Shown one piece after another: positions 17,689-27,121 of a DNA stretch of 64,000 bases. Each line of letters begins with the position of its first letter. Positions within the stretch are counted from its first letter, which is position 1. Under the pieces are notes generated by a model that did no database searches, was not told the origin of the DNA, and worked only from the letters and a program-made list of their open reading frames with translations. The DNA comes from Myxococcota bacterium. GTDB taxonomy: Bacteria > Myxococcota_A > UBA796 > SXON01. The translations under genes and the position numbers were made by a program. The DNA lies in the NCBI GenBank assembly GCA_040386535.1, contig JAZKFH010000002.1:1-64000 (forward strand), written 5' to 3'.

Positions 17689-19458
17689 CTACCGCGACGT
17701 CGCCTCGCGGTCCTCGACCGGCGCCGCCCCGACCTCCAGGAACTTGAACTTCAAGGCGTCCTTCCGGCGGATCACCGAGGCCTCGTCGAGCCCCGCGGAT
17801 TCGAGCCACGACACCATCACGTCGGGCTCCCATCGGTAGGGCGCGCCGTCGAGCAGGACGCGGCCCTCTTCGAGCGCGGCGTCGATGATGGGGAGGGAGC
17901 GGCCCTTCGCGTCCCGCATGAGCGCCTCGAAGCGGGCCTGGCGCGGCGCGTCGACGAAGTGGAATTCGTGCCGCGCGGTCCACGCGGAGTGCAGGTGCAT
18001 CGGGCGGAACGCCACGCCGGTGAGCCCGAGCCGCAAGGCGATGCGGCCGAGCATCTCGCCCGCCTCGCGCGCCATGCCGAGGCCCGGCACCTCCTGCCCG
18101 CGCAGCCGCGGACGGTTGGCCGAGAAGAGCGCGCGCGGGTTGCGGAGGGTCATCCAGTGGATGAACAGGACCGGCTTGCCCTCGACCCGATCGCGGGAGA
18201 GCACGGTCTCTCCGAGCAGGTGCTCCAGGCCGCCGGCGGTGCCGTACATGCGCATCCGGTCGCCGATCTCGCCGCTGTCGAGCCGGACGCGCACGTTCTG
18301 GTAGCCGAGGCGCTGGAGCTGCGTGAGCACGCCATAGCGGTACATCGCGTACTCGATGCCGCTCGCCGTGTAGTTGCCGAGCAGGCGCGGCTCGGTTTCC
18401 CGGCCGCCGAGCGCCCCTTCGAGGTCGGCCGCGGTGATCCACTCGTCGTTGCCGAGCTTCCGGGTGTCGAGCCCCGCGGCGATGCCGGCGAATTGGCCGC
18501 GCATCGGATCGGGGCCCTTCGGCACGGGCTCCTTTCGTCCGGTCGCGAGGAGGTTTGCCGTGCCCGCGAACAGGCGCCAGGCATCGGGGTGGTAGCCCCC
18601 CGCGGGGAGCCACACGCTTGGGGTGCGGCCGAGGGAGGCGAGTACGCGTGCGTCGCGCTCCAGGGCGCCCTCCAACGTGAGGCCGAGCCGGCCCAGGCGG
18701 TCGCCCCGCAGCACGTCGCCCCCGGCGAGCACGAAGACGAGGCCGGACTCGGGGCGGCGGGCGAGCAGGCCGTCGAGCGTCTCGAGGTAGACGCCGTCGC
18801 CACAGCCGGGGGGGAGCACGGTCTCGTCGACGCCGGGGAGCGCGATCCAGTCGGAGCCGGAGATGGAGCCGATCCACGCGGCTTCGTCGCGCGCGAGGCA
18901 GGCGGCCGTGCCGTCGGGCGGGTGGGCGTCGAGATCGATGACGGACACGCGCTCGTCGAACCCCGCGTCCCGCAGGGCGGCCACGGCGACGGCGATGTCG
19001 TTCACGGCGCAGGAGCCGCCAGCGCGATCGGGGTGGGCGTGGTGGAAGCCGCCGAGCAGGTTCACGGTGGGGCGGCCCTCCGCGAGCGCGGCGCGCGCGG
19101 CCTCGAGGGTGCCGCCGCAGGCGAGGCGCACGGTGCGCATGATCTCGTCGACCATGATCTCGGCGGGGTCGGTGCCGTAGATGCGGGCGAGCACCTCGCA
19201 GTCATCCAGCGAGCGCAGCAGCGAGTCCTCGTGGGCCCGCGACAGGTCGTGCCAGCTCACCAGCGGCGGGCTCTTCAGGTCGCGCGGCTTGAGCGCGCCC
19301 GTGGCCACGAGGTGCCACGCGACGTAGTCGGCGCGGCGCGGCTCGGCGCCGGTGCGCGCCTCGATGGAGGCCAGCGGCATGCGGTAGTCGGGGTGATGCC
19401 ACGTCGGCAGCGGCCCCCGGACCCAACGCGCCCAGCGATTTCGTACGTTCGGTAGCAT
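17689..19458 (-). CDS. Histone deacetylase family protein with extra C-terminal domain
   Basis: GGFHHA, DLDAH, AGGD..GD and GGY motifs; C-domain contains GQEVPGLG. Start could also be 19488 or 19497. Confidence 0.85.
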   Translation of the reverse strand: MLPNVRNRWARWVRGPLPTWHHPDYRMPLASIEARTGAEPRRADYVAWHLVATGALKPRDLKSPPLVSWHDLSRAHEDSLLRSLDDCEVLARIYGTDPAEIMVDEIMRTVRLACGGTLEAARAALAEGRPTVNLLGGFHHAHPDRAGGSCAVNDIAVAVAALRDAGFDERVSVIDLDAHPPDGTAACLARDEAAWIGSISGSDWIALPGVDETVLPPGCGDGVYLETLDGLLARRPESGLVFVLAGGDVLRGDRLGRLGLTLEGALERDARVLASLGRTPSVWLPAGGYHPDAWRLFAGTANLLATGRKEPVPKGPDPMRGQFAGIAAGLDTRKLGNDEWITAADLEGALGGRETEPRLLGNYTASGIEYAMYRYGVLTQLQRLGYQNVRVRLDSGEIGDRMRMYGTAGGLEHLLGETVLSRDRVEGKPVLFIHWMTLRNPRALFSANRPRLRGQEVPGLGMAREAGEMLGRIALRLGLTGVAFRPMHLHSAWTARHEFHFVDAPRQARFEALMRDAKGRSLPIIDAALEEGRVLLDGAPYRWEPDVMVSWLESAGLDEASVIRRKDALKFKFLEVGAAPVEDREATSR

Positions 19459-19528
19459 GATTCCGCGCTTAGTAGTCCCCGATCTCATACGGGACAAGGC
19501 GGCTTTTCACGAAGCTGTACCGGAAGGG

Positions 19529-21460
19529 CTATGCGCCCCGCTCCTTGAGCACGTCGACCACGCTCAACACCGCCTTGTAGGACCCGAACGGCGGGTACAC
19601 GTAGGTGCCGGAGATGCGGGGGTGGTCCATCATCTCGCGCAGGGCCTCGCGCGCGACGTTGATGCCGACCTGGCGCTGGGCTTCCTTGTCGCCCGCGGCG
19701 GCGAGGCGCTTGCGGATCGGCTCGGGCACCGACATGCCGGGGACCTCGTTGTGGAGGAACTCGGCGTTCTTGAGCGAGACGAGCGGCATGATCCCCACCA
19801 GGAAGGGGATCTTCGGGAGGTCGGCCGTGCGCTCGAAGAAGCGCCACAACACCTCGGAGTCGAACACCGGCTGCGAGAAGAAGTACTCGGCGCCGGCCTC
19901 GATCTTGCGCTTGTAGCGCGCGACCTCGAGGTCGAGATCCATGTGGCCGGGGTTGCACCCGGCGCCCACGAGCAGATCGGTCTTGCCGCCGATGGGCTGG
20001 CCCGAGAAGTCGAGGCCGCGGTTCATCATCTGGATGAAGGTGATGAGGCCGATGGCGTCGATGTCGAAGACCGCGGTGGCGTTCGGGTACGTGCCCATCT
20101 TGGGCGGATCGCCGGTGATGGCGAGGATGTTGCGCAGGCCGAGGGCGTTGGCGCCGAGCAAGTCCATCTGCATGCCGAGCAGGTTGCGGTCGCGACAGCA
20201 GTAGTGGACGACCGACTCCATGCCGCAGTGTTGGCGCACGAGCTGGGCGAGCGAGGAGGGGCCCATGCGGGCGACAGCGCGAGGCCCGTCCGCGATGTTG
20301 ACCACGTCGATCCCGGCGGCCTGGAGCATCGCGGCGCCCTCGACAGCCTTGACCGCGTCCACGCCGCGCGGCGGGTCGAGCTCGACGCTGACGCAGAACT
20401 TGCCGCTGTACAGGCGCTTGCCGAACTCGGTCTTCTCCGAGGGATGGGTCACCTGGACCTTGGGGGCCGCGAGCGCCAGCCCTTGCGACGCGCTCTCCGC
20501 CGCGTCCGCCACGACCGGGCGGCGCTCTGCCGCGACCGAGCGGATGAAGCCGCGCATCTGCTTGATCATGTCGGGCGTGGTGCCGCAACACCCGCCGATC
20601 ACGCTGGCGCCGAGCTGCACGAAGCGGCGCGCGTGCTCCGCCATGTACTCGGGGGCCGCGAGGTAGAGCGTACGGCCCTCGATCACCTGCGGCAGCCCGG
20701 CGTTCGGCATGGCCGCGAGCTTCATGTCAGTGGCGCCGACCATGCGCTCGAGCACGTGTTGCACGCCGCGCGGCCCGTTCGAGCAGTTCGTGCCGAACAC
20801 GTCGATCGGCCACTTCGCCACCGTGCGCGCCGCGACCTCGGGGGCCTCGCCCTCGATCTGCGCCTGGCCCGGCCCCACGAGGTTGAAGGACATACACGCG
20901 ACGATCGGGAGATCACACACCGCGCGGACCGCGCGCACCGCCTGCCAGAGCTCGGGCATGCGCGTGAAGGTCTCGAGGACGAACAGGTCGGCGCCCGCGT
21001 TCGCGAGCACCTCCGCCTGCTCGCGGAACACCTGGAAGGCCTCGCCCGGCGTGAGCTTGCCGACCGGCGCGAGGAGGGAGCCCGTGGGCCCGATCGACGC
21101 CGCGACCCACGCGCGCCCCTGGGCCTGCTCGCGCGCGAGGCGCACGCCCGTGGCGTTGATGTCGACGAGGCGATCCTCGAGCCCGTGCTGGGAGAGGCGG
21201 GTGCGGTTGGCGCCGAACGTGTTGGTCGTCAGAACGTCGGCACCGGCCTTGCGGTAGGCGGCGTGGATCTCGCGCACGGTGTCGGGCTGGGAGAGGTTCA
21301 GCTCGTCGTAGCAGCGGTTGATGAACACGCCGCGCGCGTAGATTTCGGTGCCCATCGCACCGTCGAACAGGACGACGCGCGACTGGAGCGCGTCACGGAA
21401 GGAGGACAGGGGAGCTCCGCGGATCCTAGGATGGTACCGGGCCGTCGTGCGGCGCGGCAC
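19529..21460 (-). CDS. yitJ: Bifunctional homocysteine S-methyltransferase / 5,10-methylene-THF reductase (YitJ-like)
   Basis: DGAMGT, TNTFGAN, GTNC, PNAGLP, GGCCGT, then VELDPP, CRDRN, TGDPP, SQPVF. Start may be CTG at 21409. Confidence 0.92.
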   Translation of the reverse strand: MPRRTTARYHPRIRGAPLSSFRDALQSRVVLFDGAMGTEIYARGVFINRCYDELNLSQPDTVREIHAAYRKAGADVLTTNTFGANRTRLSQHGLEDRLVDINATGVRLAREQAQGRAWVAASIGPTGSLLAPVGKLTPGEAFQVFREQAEVLANAGADLFVLETFTRMPELWQAVRAVRAVCDLPIVACMSFNLVGPGQAQIEGEAPEVAARTVAKWPIDVFGTNCSNGPRGVQHVLERMVGATDMKLAAMPNAGLPQVIEGRTLYLAAPEYMAEHARRFVQLGASVIGGCCGTTPDMIKQMRGFIRSVAAERRPVVADAAESASQGLALAAPKVQVTHPSEKTEFGKRLYSGKFCVSVELDPPRGVDAVKAVEGAAMLQAAGIDVVNIADGPRAVARMGPSSLAQLVRQHCGMESVVHYCCRDRNLLGMQMDLLGANALGLRNILAITGDPPKMGTYPNATAVFDIDAIGLITFIQMMNRGLDFSGQPIGGKTDLLVGAGCNPGHMDLDLEVARYKRKIEAGAEYFFSQPVFDSEVLWRFFERTADLPKIPFLVGIMPLVSLKNAEFLHNEVPGMSVPEPIRKRLAAAGDKEAQRQVGINVAREALREMMDHPRISGTYVYPPFGSYKAVLSVVDVLKERGA

Positions 21461-23228
21461 CGTAGTCTGACGAGAGGGTGAGCGCGAGTACGGTCACGTT
21501 GTCGCCTCCGCCGCCTCGATTCGCGGCGTCGACGAGGGTGCGACAAACCTCCATCGCTTGCGCCGCGAGCGTGGCGCCGCGCGCGTTCCGCACCGCGTTT
21601 CCGATGAGCAGCGCGACCGCGGCCTCCTCGGGCCCGCCGTAGTCGGTCAGCCCGTCCGAGCAGAGGATCAGCCACTCCCCGGGCAACATGGTCAACATGC
21701 GCGTGAAGAGCGGCGCCGGGGAGGGGCCGCCTTCGGCGTCGAAGTGACCGACGTACCCGACGAGCGGCGCGCCGGCGTCCGCCCAGGACACGTGCCGGCC
21801 CACCGACGCCTCGCGCAGGCGCTCGGACTGGAGGTTCTGGTCGTAGGTGAGCAGCGCCACGCCGTGCCGCCCGACGAGGTACGCCCGCGAGTCCCCAAGT
21901 GCCGCGAGGTGCACCCGGTTCCCGCGCGTAATCGCGGTCACGACGGTGGTGCCCATCGGGATGAAGTCGTCCACGTCGGCGCCGCCGAGGCGCAGCGCGG
22001 CGTCGCACACGATGTCGTTGGCGCGGGCGAGCGAGCCGGCGAGGGCGGCGTGCACGCGCGGCGGCTCGGCGTCCCGCAGGGCGTCGGCCTGTTCGGCCCA
22101 CCAGAGCTTGAGCGTGCGGATGGTGAGACCCGACGCGAGGTCACCCGAGCCCGCGTTGCACTGGCTGATGCCGTCCGCCACGCAGAGCAGCGAGAACGTG
22201 GGCTCGCCGACGAGCAGGAAAGCGTCCTGGTTGGTCTGCGTCTGGAGGCTCTTGAGCACGCCCACGTGCGTGTCGAAGCCGGCGCAGGCGCCCGCCTGGT
22301 GCGCCCAGGGCGCGGACTGGCGCATCGCGTGGACCGCCTCGGCGACGTGGAGCCGCTCCCACAACGCGAAGCCGTCCGCGGGGCGCAGCGCGCCGTCTGC
22401 CGCCATCCCCTCCATCACGACGGCGAGGAGCTCGAGGGGGAGGGGAACCCCGAGGGCGCCGATCTGGGGCGACAGGTCGGACTCGGCGATGTCTCCCGGG
22501 TCGGGGAGGCGGCCGAGCACCTGCTCCAGCACGATGCGGAGCACGAACCGCACGTCGTCACGGCGGCCCTGGGACGTTGGCGCGCCGCGGGTGCGGAACT
22601 GCACCGTGTCCCCAGTGATGGCGACGGTCATCGGGTCGGGCACGATGCCGAGGCCCTGGAGGTGAACGTCCGCGAGGGCGCGCGCGAGGCGGATCGCGAA
22701 TCCGAAGGCGGCCGTGGGCGGGAGCGCGCCAGGGGTCGGCAGGGCGCGCGGGCGGGCGCGCAACATCTCGAAGCGGTCGACCCCGTCGCGGAGGGCGACC
22801 GTGTCGCGCGTGCAGACGAAGCGTTCGTCCGCCTCGACCAGGGGGCGCACTGCGTCCCACCACGCGTCGAAGCGGGCGCTCGACGAGAGGCGCCGCGCCA
22901 GGAACCAGTCCCGCACGTCGGCGGCGGTGGCCCGCCCGTCGACATCGACCAGCAACATCGCGAGCCCGGCGAGGGGCTCGGCCTCGATGAAGGCGCGGGT
23001 GCCGTCCGGGTCGCGGACGCTCCGGGCGAGCAGCCCGTCGGGCAGGCAGCGGCGGTAGGCGGTGGCGAGCGCGCCGTGGCGCACGTGCACGGGGTGGCTC
23101 GACCCCTGGTGCTCCCACCGCAGCGTGGCCGCGGTGGCATCGCGCTCCTCGACCGTGGCGAAGCCAAAAGCCGGCTGGTACAGAACGTCGCCGACCTGGA
23201 CCGGCTCGTGGGGGAGGATCGAGAGCAT
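21426..23228 (-). CDS. Multidomain PP2C-family phosphatase (long-GreA-like N-domain, kinase-like remnant, PP2C)
   Basis: NQDA, VADG, MGTT, GDSRAY, CSDGL and GGGDNVT PP2C motifs in the C-terminal half. Confidence 0.8.
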   Translation of the reverse strand: MLSILPHEPVQVGDVLYQPAFGFATVEERDATAATLRWEHQGSSHPVHVRHGALATAYRRCLPDGLLARSVRDPDGTRAFIEAEPLAGLAMLLVDVDGRATAADVRDWFLARRLSSSARFDAWWDAVRPLVEADERFVCTRDTVALRDGVDRFEMLRARPRALPTPGALPPTAAFGFAIRLARALADVHLQGLGIVPDPMTVAITGDTVQFRTRGAPTSQGRRDDVRFVLRIVLEQVLGRLPDPGDIAESDLSPQIGALGVPLPLELLAVVMEGMAADGALRPADGFALWERLHVAEAVHAMRQSAPWAHQAGACAGFDTHVGVLKSLQTQTNQDAFLLVGEPTFSLLCVADGISQCNAGSGDLASGLTIRTLKLWWAEQADALRDAEPPRVHAALAGSLARANDIVCDAALRLGGADVDDFIPMGTTVVTAITRGNRVHLAALGDSRAYLVGRHGVALLTYDQNLQSERLREASVGRHVSWADAGAPLVGYVGHFDAEGGPSPAPLFTRMLTMLPGEWLILCSDGLTDYGGPEEAAVALLIGNAVRNARGATLAAQAMEVCRTLVDAANRGGGGDNVTVLALTLSSDYGAAPHDGPVPS

Positions 23229-23312
23229 GGATCCCGCCCTTATCACCGAGGGCCCCCGATCGCGGTGGGTTAGGAGCGTCGCCCCGCCTTCCGTCGGGCA
23301 TCCGGAGCACTC

Positions 23313-24605
23313 GTGGAAGTACGTGACCCCCTCCATGGCGCCATCGCCGTGGCCCCCGAAGAGGTGGCGGTCGTCGATCACCCGTTCGTGCAGCGCCTGC
23401 GCGGTATCCGCCAGATGGGCTTCTCCGAGCTCCCGTTCCCGAGCGCGATCCACAGCCGCTACGCCCACTCGCTCGGCGCGATGGAGCTCGCGGGCCGCGC
23501 GTTCGACCTCTGCTTCCGTCGCGACCCCTTCGTCACGCCGGGGCGCCGCGCGTTGTACCGGCAGCTCGTGCGGATGGCGGCGTTGTGCCACGACCTCGGC
23601 CACGCGCCGTTCTCGCACTGCACCGAGTTCGCGATGCCGCCGCTGCGCACGCTCGGGATCGACGCGTACACGCCCTCCCGCGTCATGGAGCGGCTGGATC
23701 GCACCGCGAGCCACGAGGACTACACGATCGCGATCCTGACGCGCTCGTCGTTGTCCGACACCCTGCGCGCCCAGTTCCCGTTCGACGGCCGGCACGTCGC
23801 CGCGCTGGTCAGCCGCGAGGTCGCCACCCCGGACGACCTGTTCGTCGACGGCGGCCAGGACTACCGCCGCATCCTCTCCCAGCTCATCTCCAGCGAGCTC
23901 GACGTCGACCGCCTCGATTACCTCGTGCGCGACAGCTACTTCTCCGGCGCGCGCTACGGCGAGATCGACGTCAACTGGATCCTCTCGAACCTCGAGTGGC
24001 ACGTGGACGCTCGGGGGGACGTGTCGCTCGCGCTCGATCGGCGCGCGATCTACGCCTTCGACGACTTCATGATCGCCCGGTACCACATGTTCGTGATGGT
24101 GTACTTCCATCACAAGTCCGTCGTCTACGAAGAGATGCTCAAGCGGCACTTCACCAGCCCGGCGTGTGACTACCGGTTCCCCAGCGAGACCGACGAATAC
24201 CTCTCGATGGACGACGTGCACCTCTACGGGTGGCTGCGCGGCTCCTCGGACGAATGGGCGCGCCGTATCGTGGAGCGCCGACCGTACCGTCGCGCGCTGG
24301 AGGTGCACGGCTCCGCCGAGGAGGTCGTCGTGACCGATGTTCTCGCGCGCCTGGACGCCGCGGGCATCGACCGCATCGCGGCGGGCAGCACCGGGAAGCT
24401 CTCCCGCTACAACGTCATCGGGCAGAAGCGCGAGGGCGCGCCGCCCATCTACGTCATCGACCGCGCGCCGGGCCGCACCGAGCGCGCCACCGCCCTCGAG
24501 GACGCGACGCGGGTGTTCGAGCGCTACCAGGACGAGCGCCACATCGCGCGGATCTACGTCGCGGAGGACCGCGTCGAGGAGGCGCAGCGGATCATCGCGG
24601 GCTGA
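23313..24605 (+). CDS. HD-domain phosphohydrolase (SAMHD1/dNTPase-like)
   Basis: RDPLHG, QRLRGIRQ, HSRYAHSLG, CHDLGHAPFSH, DVDRLDYLVRD, VYFHH. Confidence 0.9.
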   Translation: MEVRDPLHGAIAVAPEEVAVVDHPFVQRLRGIRQMGFSELPFPSAIHSRYAHSLGAMELAGRAFDLCFRRDPFVTPGRRALYRQLVRMAALCHDLGHAPFSHCTEFAMPPLRTLGIDAYTPSRVMERLDRTASHEDYTIAILTRSSLSDTLRAQFPFDGRHVAALVSREVATPDDLFVDGGQDYRRILSQLISSELDVDRLDYLVRDSYFSGARYGEIDVNWILSNLEWHVDARGDVSLALDRRAIYAFDDFMIARYHMFVMVYFHHKSVVYEEMLKRHFTSPACDYRFPSETDEYLSMDDVHLYGWLRGSSDEWARRIVERRPYRRALEVHGSAEEVVVTDVLARLDAAGIDRIAAGSTGKLSRYNVIGQKREGAPPIYVIDRAPGRTERATALEDATRVFERYQDERHIARIYVAEDRVEEAQRIIAG

Positions 24606-24620
24606 CGCGGGCCGGGGGTT

Positions 24621-25922
24621 CTAGACCCAGAGCCCGGCGCTCGCCGCCGCGCCCGCGAGGACGAACAACACGAGCCCCGCGCCGCAGCCCATGCAGCCGG
24701 ACTTCGCCGGTACCGCCGAGGAGACGGGCTCCAGCTCGGCCGACCGCGTCACCTTGATGGGCGCCTGCTTCAACGACGCGGCCTCCTCGGGCTCGTCGAG
24801 CGAGTAGTCCTCCTTCTGGCGGCTCGCGGCGCGCATGGCCTGCTCGGCGGCGATGCCGGCGAGCCGCGCCTCTTCCTTGCGCTGCTCCAACTCGAGGCGG
24901 GCGCGTTCGGCTTCCGCGCGCTCCCGTTCGGCCTGGGCGGCCAGGCGGGCGCGCTCGGCGGCCGCGGCCTCCTCCTGGCGCCGGCGCTCGATGTCGGCTT
25001 CGATGCGGGCGTTCTCGGCCTCGGCCTCGGCGACGCGGCGCGCGGCCTCGGCGGCCTCGAGCTCGGCCGCGATCTGCACGCGCACGTCGGCGAGGGCGCG
25101 CGCGAGACACACTTCGGCCACGAGCGACGCCCCGAGCGCGCGGTAGGCGGACAACGCGTCGACCCCGGTGGCCGCGACGCCGGTGACCTTGTCGGCGGTG
25201 CCGAGCAGCCCGGGCAGCGAGTCCTTGGCGTACGCGGAGAGCGGCGCCGCGAACGTGGCGGCCTGGCCGGCGTAACTCTTGAGCGTGCCGCCGAGGCGGT
25301 CGAGCATGCCCGCGGTCTCCTCCATCTCCGGGCCCGCGATCACCGCAAGGCGCGCCACGTTGGCGGCCGCCTGGGTATCGATGAGGTCGGTGATGATCTC
25401 CGCGCCGCCGCTGACGAGGTTGTCGGCGAAGGGGAGCACCACGTCGGTCGCGACGTACCAGGTGAGGAGCGCGCGGCCGGAGTCGGTGCCGAGGAGCGCG
25501 CGCACCCGCTCGTCGGGCGACCCCTCGAAGAGCTTCCACGTGATGTAGGAGAGGCCGGCTGCTTTGAGCCCGGCGTCCGCCGCCTGCTGCGGATCCATCT
25601 CGAGCGCGCTGGCGCCCTGGCCGCGCGCCACCTGGACGGCGCCCCGCAGGCCCGAGAACAACGCGATCCCGGCATCACCTTTGTCGAGAAAATCGAACGC
25701 CGCGAGCGCGCCCTGGGGGCCGGCCTCGCGCGCGAGCACATCGGCTCGCTCGGCCACGCGCGTCGCGATGTCGGGATCGAGCGAGGTAGCCGCGGCGCCG
25801 AGGGTGCCCGGATAGCGCCAGCCCGGCGCGAAGGGCAGGACCGAGAAGAAGCCGTTGACGACGCGCACGGTCACGTCGCCGGGCTGATGTGCGGCGAGGG
25901 CGTCTTTGAGGGAGCGGTTCAT
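24621..25922 (-). CDS. Hypothetical protein: shared helical domain, coiled coil, C-terminal membrane anchor
   Basis: ATG 25922 after GGAGG; paralogous to 25919-26788; GCMGC plus hydrophobic tail. Confidence 0.75.
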   Translation of the reverse strand: MNRSLKDALAAHQPGDVTVRVVNGFFSVLPFAPGWRYPGTLGAAATSLDPDIATRVAERADVLAREAGPQGALAAFDFLDKGDAGIALFSGLRGAVQVARGQGASALEMDPQQAADAGLKAAGLSYITWKLFEGSPDERVRALLGTDSGRALLTWYVATDVVLPFADNLVSGGAEIITDLIDTQAAANVARLAVIAGPEMEETAGMLDRLGGTLKSYAGQAATFAAPLSAYAKDSLPGLLGTADKVTGVAATGVDALSAYRALGASLVAEVCLARALADVRVQIAAELEAAEAARRVAEAEAENARIEADIERRRQEEAAAAERARLAAQAERERAEAERARLELEQRKEEARLAGIAAEQAMRAASRQKEDYSLDEPEEAASLKQAPIKVTRSAELEPVSSAVPAKSGCMGCGAGLVLFVLAGAAASAGLWV

Positions 25923-26788
25923 CTGGCGGACGCCTCCTGAAGGCAGACTTCGGCGGCGAGACGCGCGCCGAGCAGTCGGTAGATGGGGAGCGCGTCCGCC
26001 GCGGTGGCGACGGCCCCGGCGACGGTGCCGGCGGTCGCAATCGCGGGCGGCAGCCACTTCTGGGCGGCGGTGGCGATGGTCTGGGAGTGCGCGGAGAGCG
26101 CGCGCGCCATCGTGTCGACGGGGCCGACCAGCGCGTCGAGCACGCCGTCCGCCATGGCGGCCGCGCCCACGGCGCCGTCCAGGCGCCCCTTCGCGGAGGC
26201 GCCGTAGCGGTCGAGCAGGCGGGTGAGCACGCTGCCGGTGCCGGCCACGATGTCGTCCGTGAAGGGGAGTGCGAGCTCGACGGCCGCGTAGTAGGTCAGC
26301 AGCGCCTCGCCGCTCGGGAGCGCGCGCAGCCGGGCCACCTTCTCGGTCACCGAGCCCGGGATCAGCGTGTGGGCCATGTACGCGATGGCGACCATCTTGA
26401 GGGCGGCATCGGCGCCTTGTTGGGCGTCGGTGTCGAGCGCCTTGGCCTTGTCGCCGAAAAAGAACGTCAACGCCGAGCGCACGCCGGTGAAGACGCTGAT
26501 GCCGACGTCGCCGGTGTCGATCGCGTCGGCCACGGCGAGCGCCTTGAGGGCGGCGGGCGCGGCGGCGAGGGCCTTCGCGCGCTCGAGCCCGGCGTCGTCC
26601 AGCTCGGGGAACACGAGCATCCGCGCCTCGTCCAGCGAGGTGTAGAAGGAGACAGGGGGCGCGCCAGGGATCGCGCCGAAGAGCGACCAGAGGACGCGTA
26701 CGGTGGCGTCCTCTTCGGTGAAGGCGGCGAGCGCGGAGTCGACGGTCCGAGCGGCATCGAGGGGGCGGTTGGCTTCGGCGGCGTTCAT
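25919..26788 (-). CDS. Hypothetical helical protein (paralog of the downstream gene)
   Basis: DxGDxGIxxFxGxR, DxQQxADAxLK and LPFxD motifs shared; GGAG SD. Confidence 0.75.
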   Translation of the reverse strand: MNAAEANRPLDAARTVDSALAAFTEEDATVRVLWSLFGAIPGAPPVSFYTSLDEARMLVFPELDDAGLERAKALAAAPAALKALAVADAIDTGDVGISVFTGVRSALTFFFGDKAKALDTDAQQGADAALKMVAIAYMAHTLIPGSVTEKVARLRALPSGEALLTYYAAVELALPFTDDIVAGTGSVLTRLLDRYGASAKGRLDGAVGAAAMADGVLDALVGPVDTMARALSAHSQTIATAAQKWLPPAIATAGTVAGAVATAADALPIYRLLGARLAAEVCLQEASAR

Positions 26789-26807
26789 GCGTGCTCCGCC
26801 GCGCAGT

Positions 26808-26996
26808 CTACCGGTCCTGACGCCCGTCGTCGATCTGGCCCGACTCCTTGAGCTTGTCGTACAGGTCGCGCTTGGGGGCGTTGAAGTTGTTCGGCGCGTC
26901 GGAGGAGGTGTCGGCGAGGTTCGACACGATCTTTTCGCCGTAGTTCTTCAGGAGCTTGTCCTTGATGCCCTTCAACAAGCTGCGTGCGACACCCAT
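26808..26996 (-). CDS. Small 62-aa hypothetical protein
   Basis: MGVARSLLKGIKDK..; GGAGGG SD; high GC3. Confidence 0.7.
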   Translation of the reverse strand: MGVARSLLKGIKDKLLKNYGEKIVSNLADTSSDAPNNFNAPKRDLYDKLKESGQIDDGRQDR

Positions 26997-27121
26997 GGAG
27001 CCCTCCCTGCCGCCCACCCTACGCCGCACCCGTCCGAGCCGCAACCGCCGGGCCCCAACGGGGGCGTCACTCGATCCGGACGAGGTTCGTGGGGTATCTT
27101 GCAGTACGGAGGGCCTCGCGG

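Noticed and set aside
23313..24605. Anti-phage dNTPase system
   Set aside because: Looks like the widespread housekeeping HD family, with host-like codon usage and no defence context.
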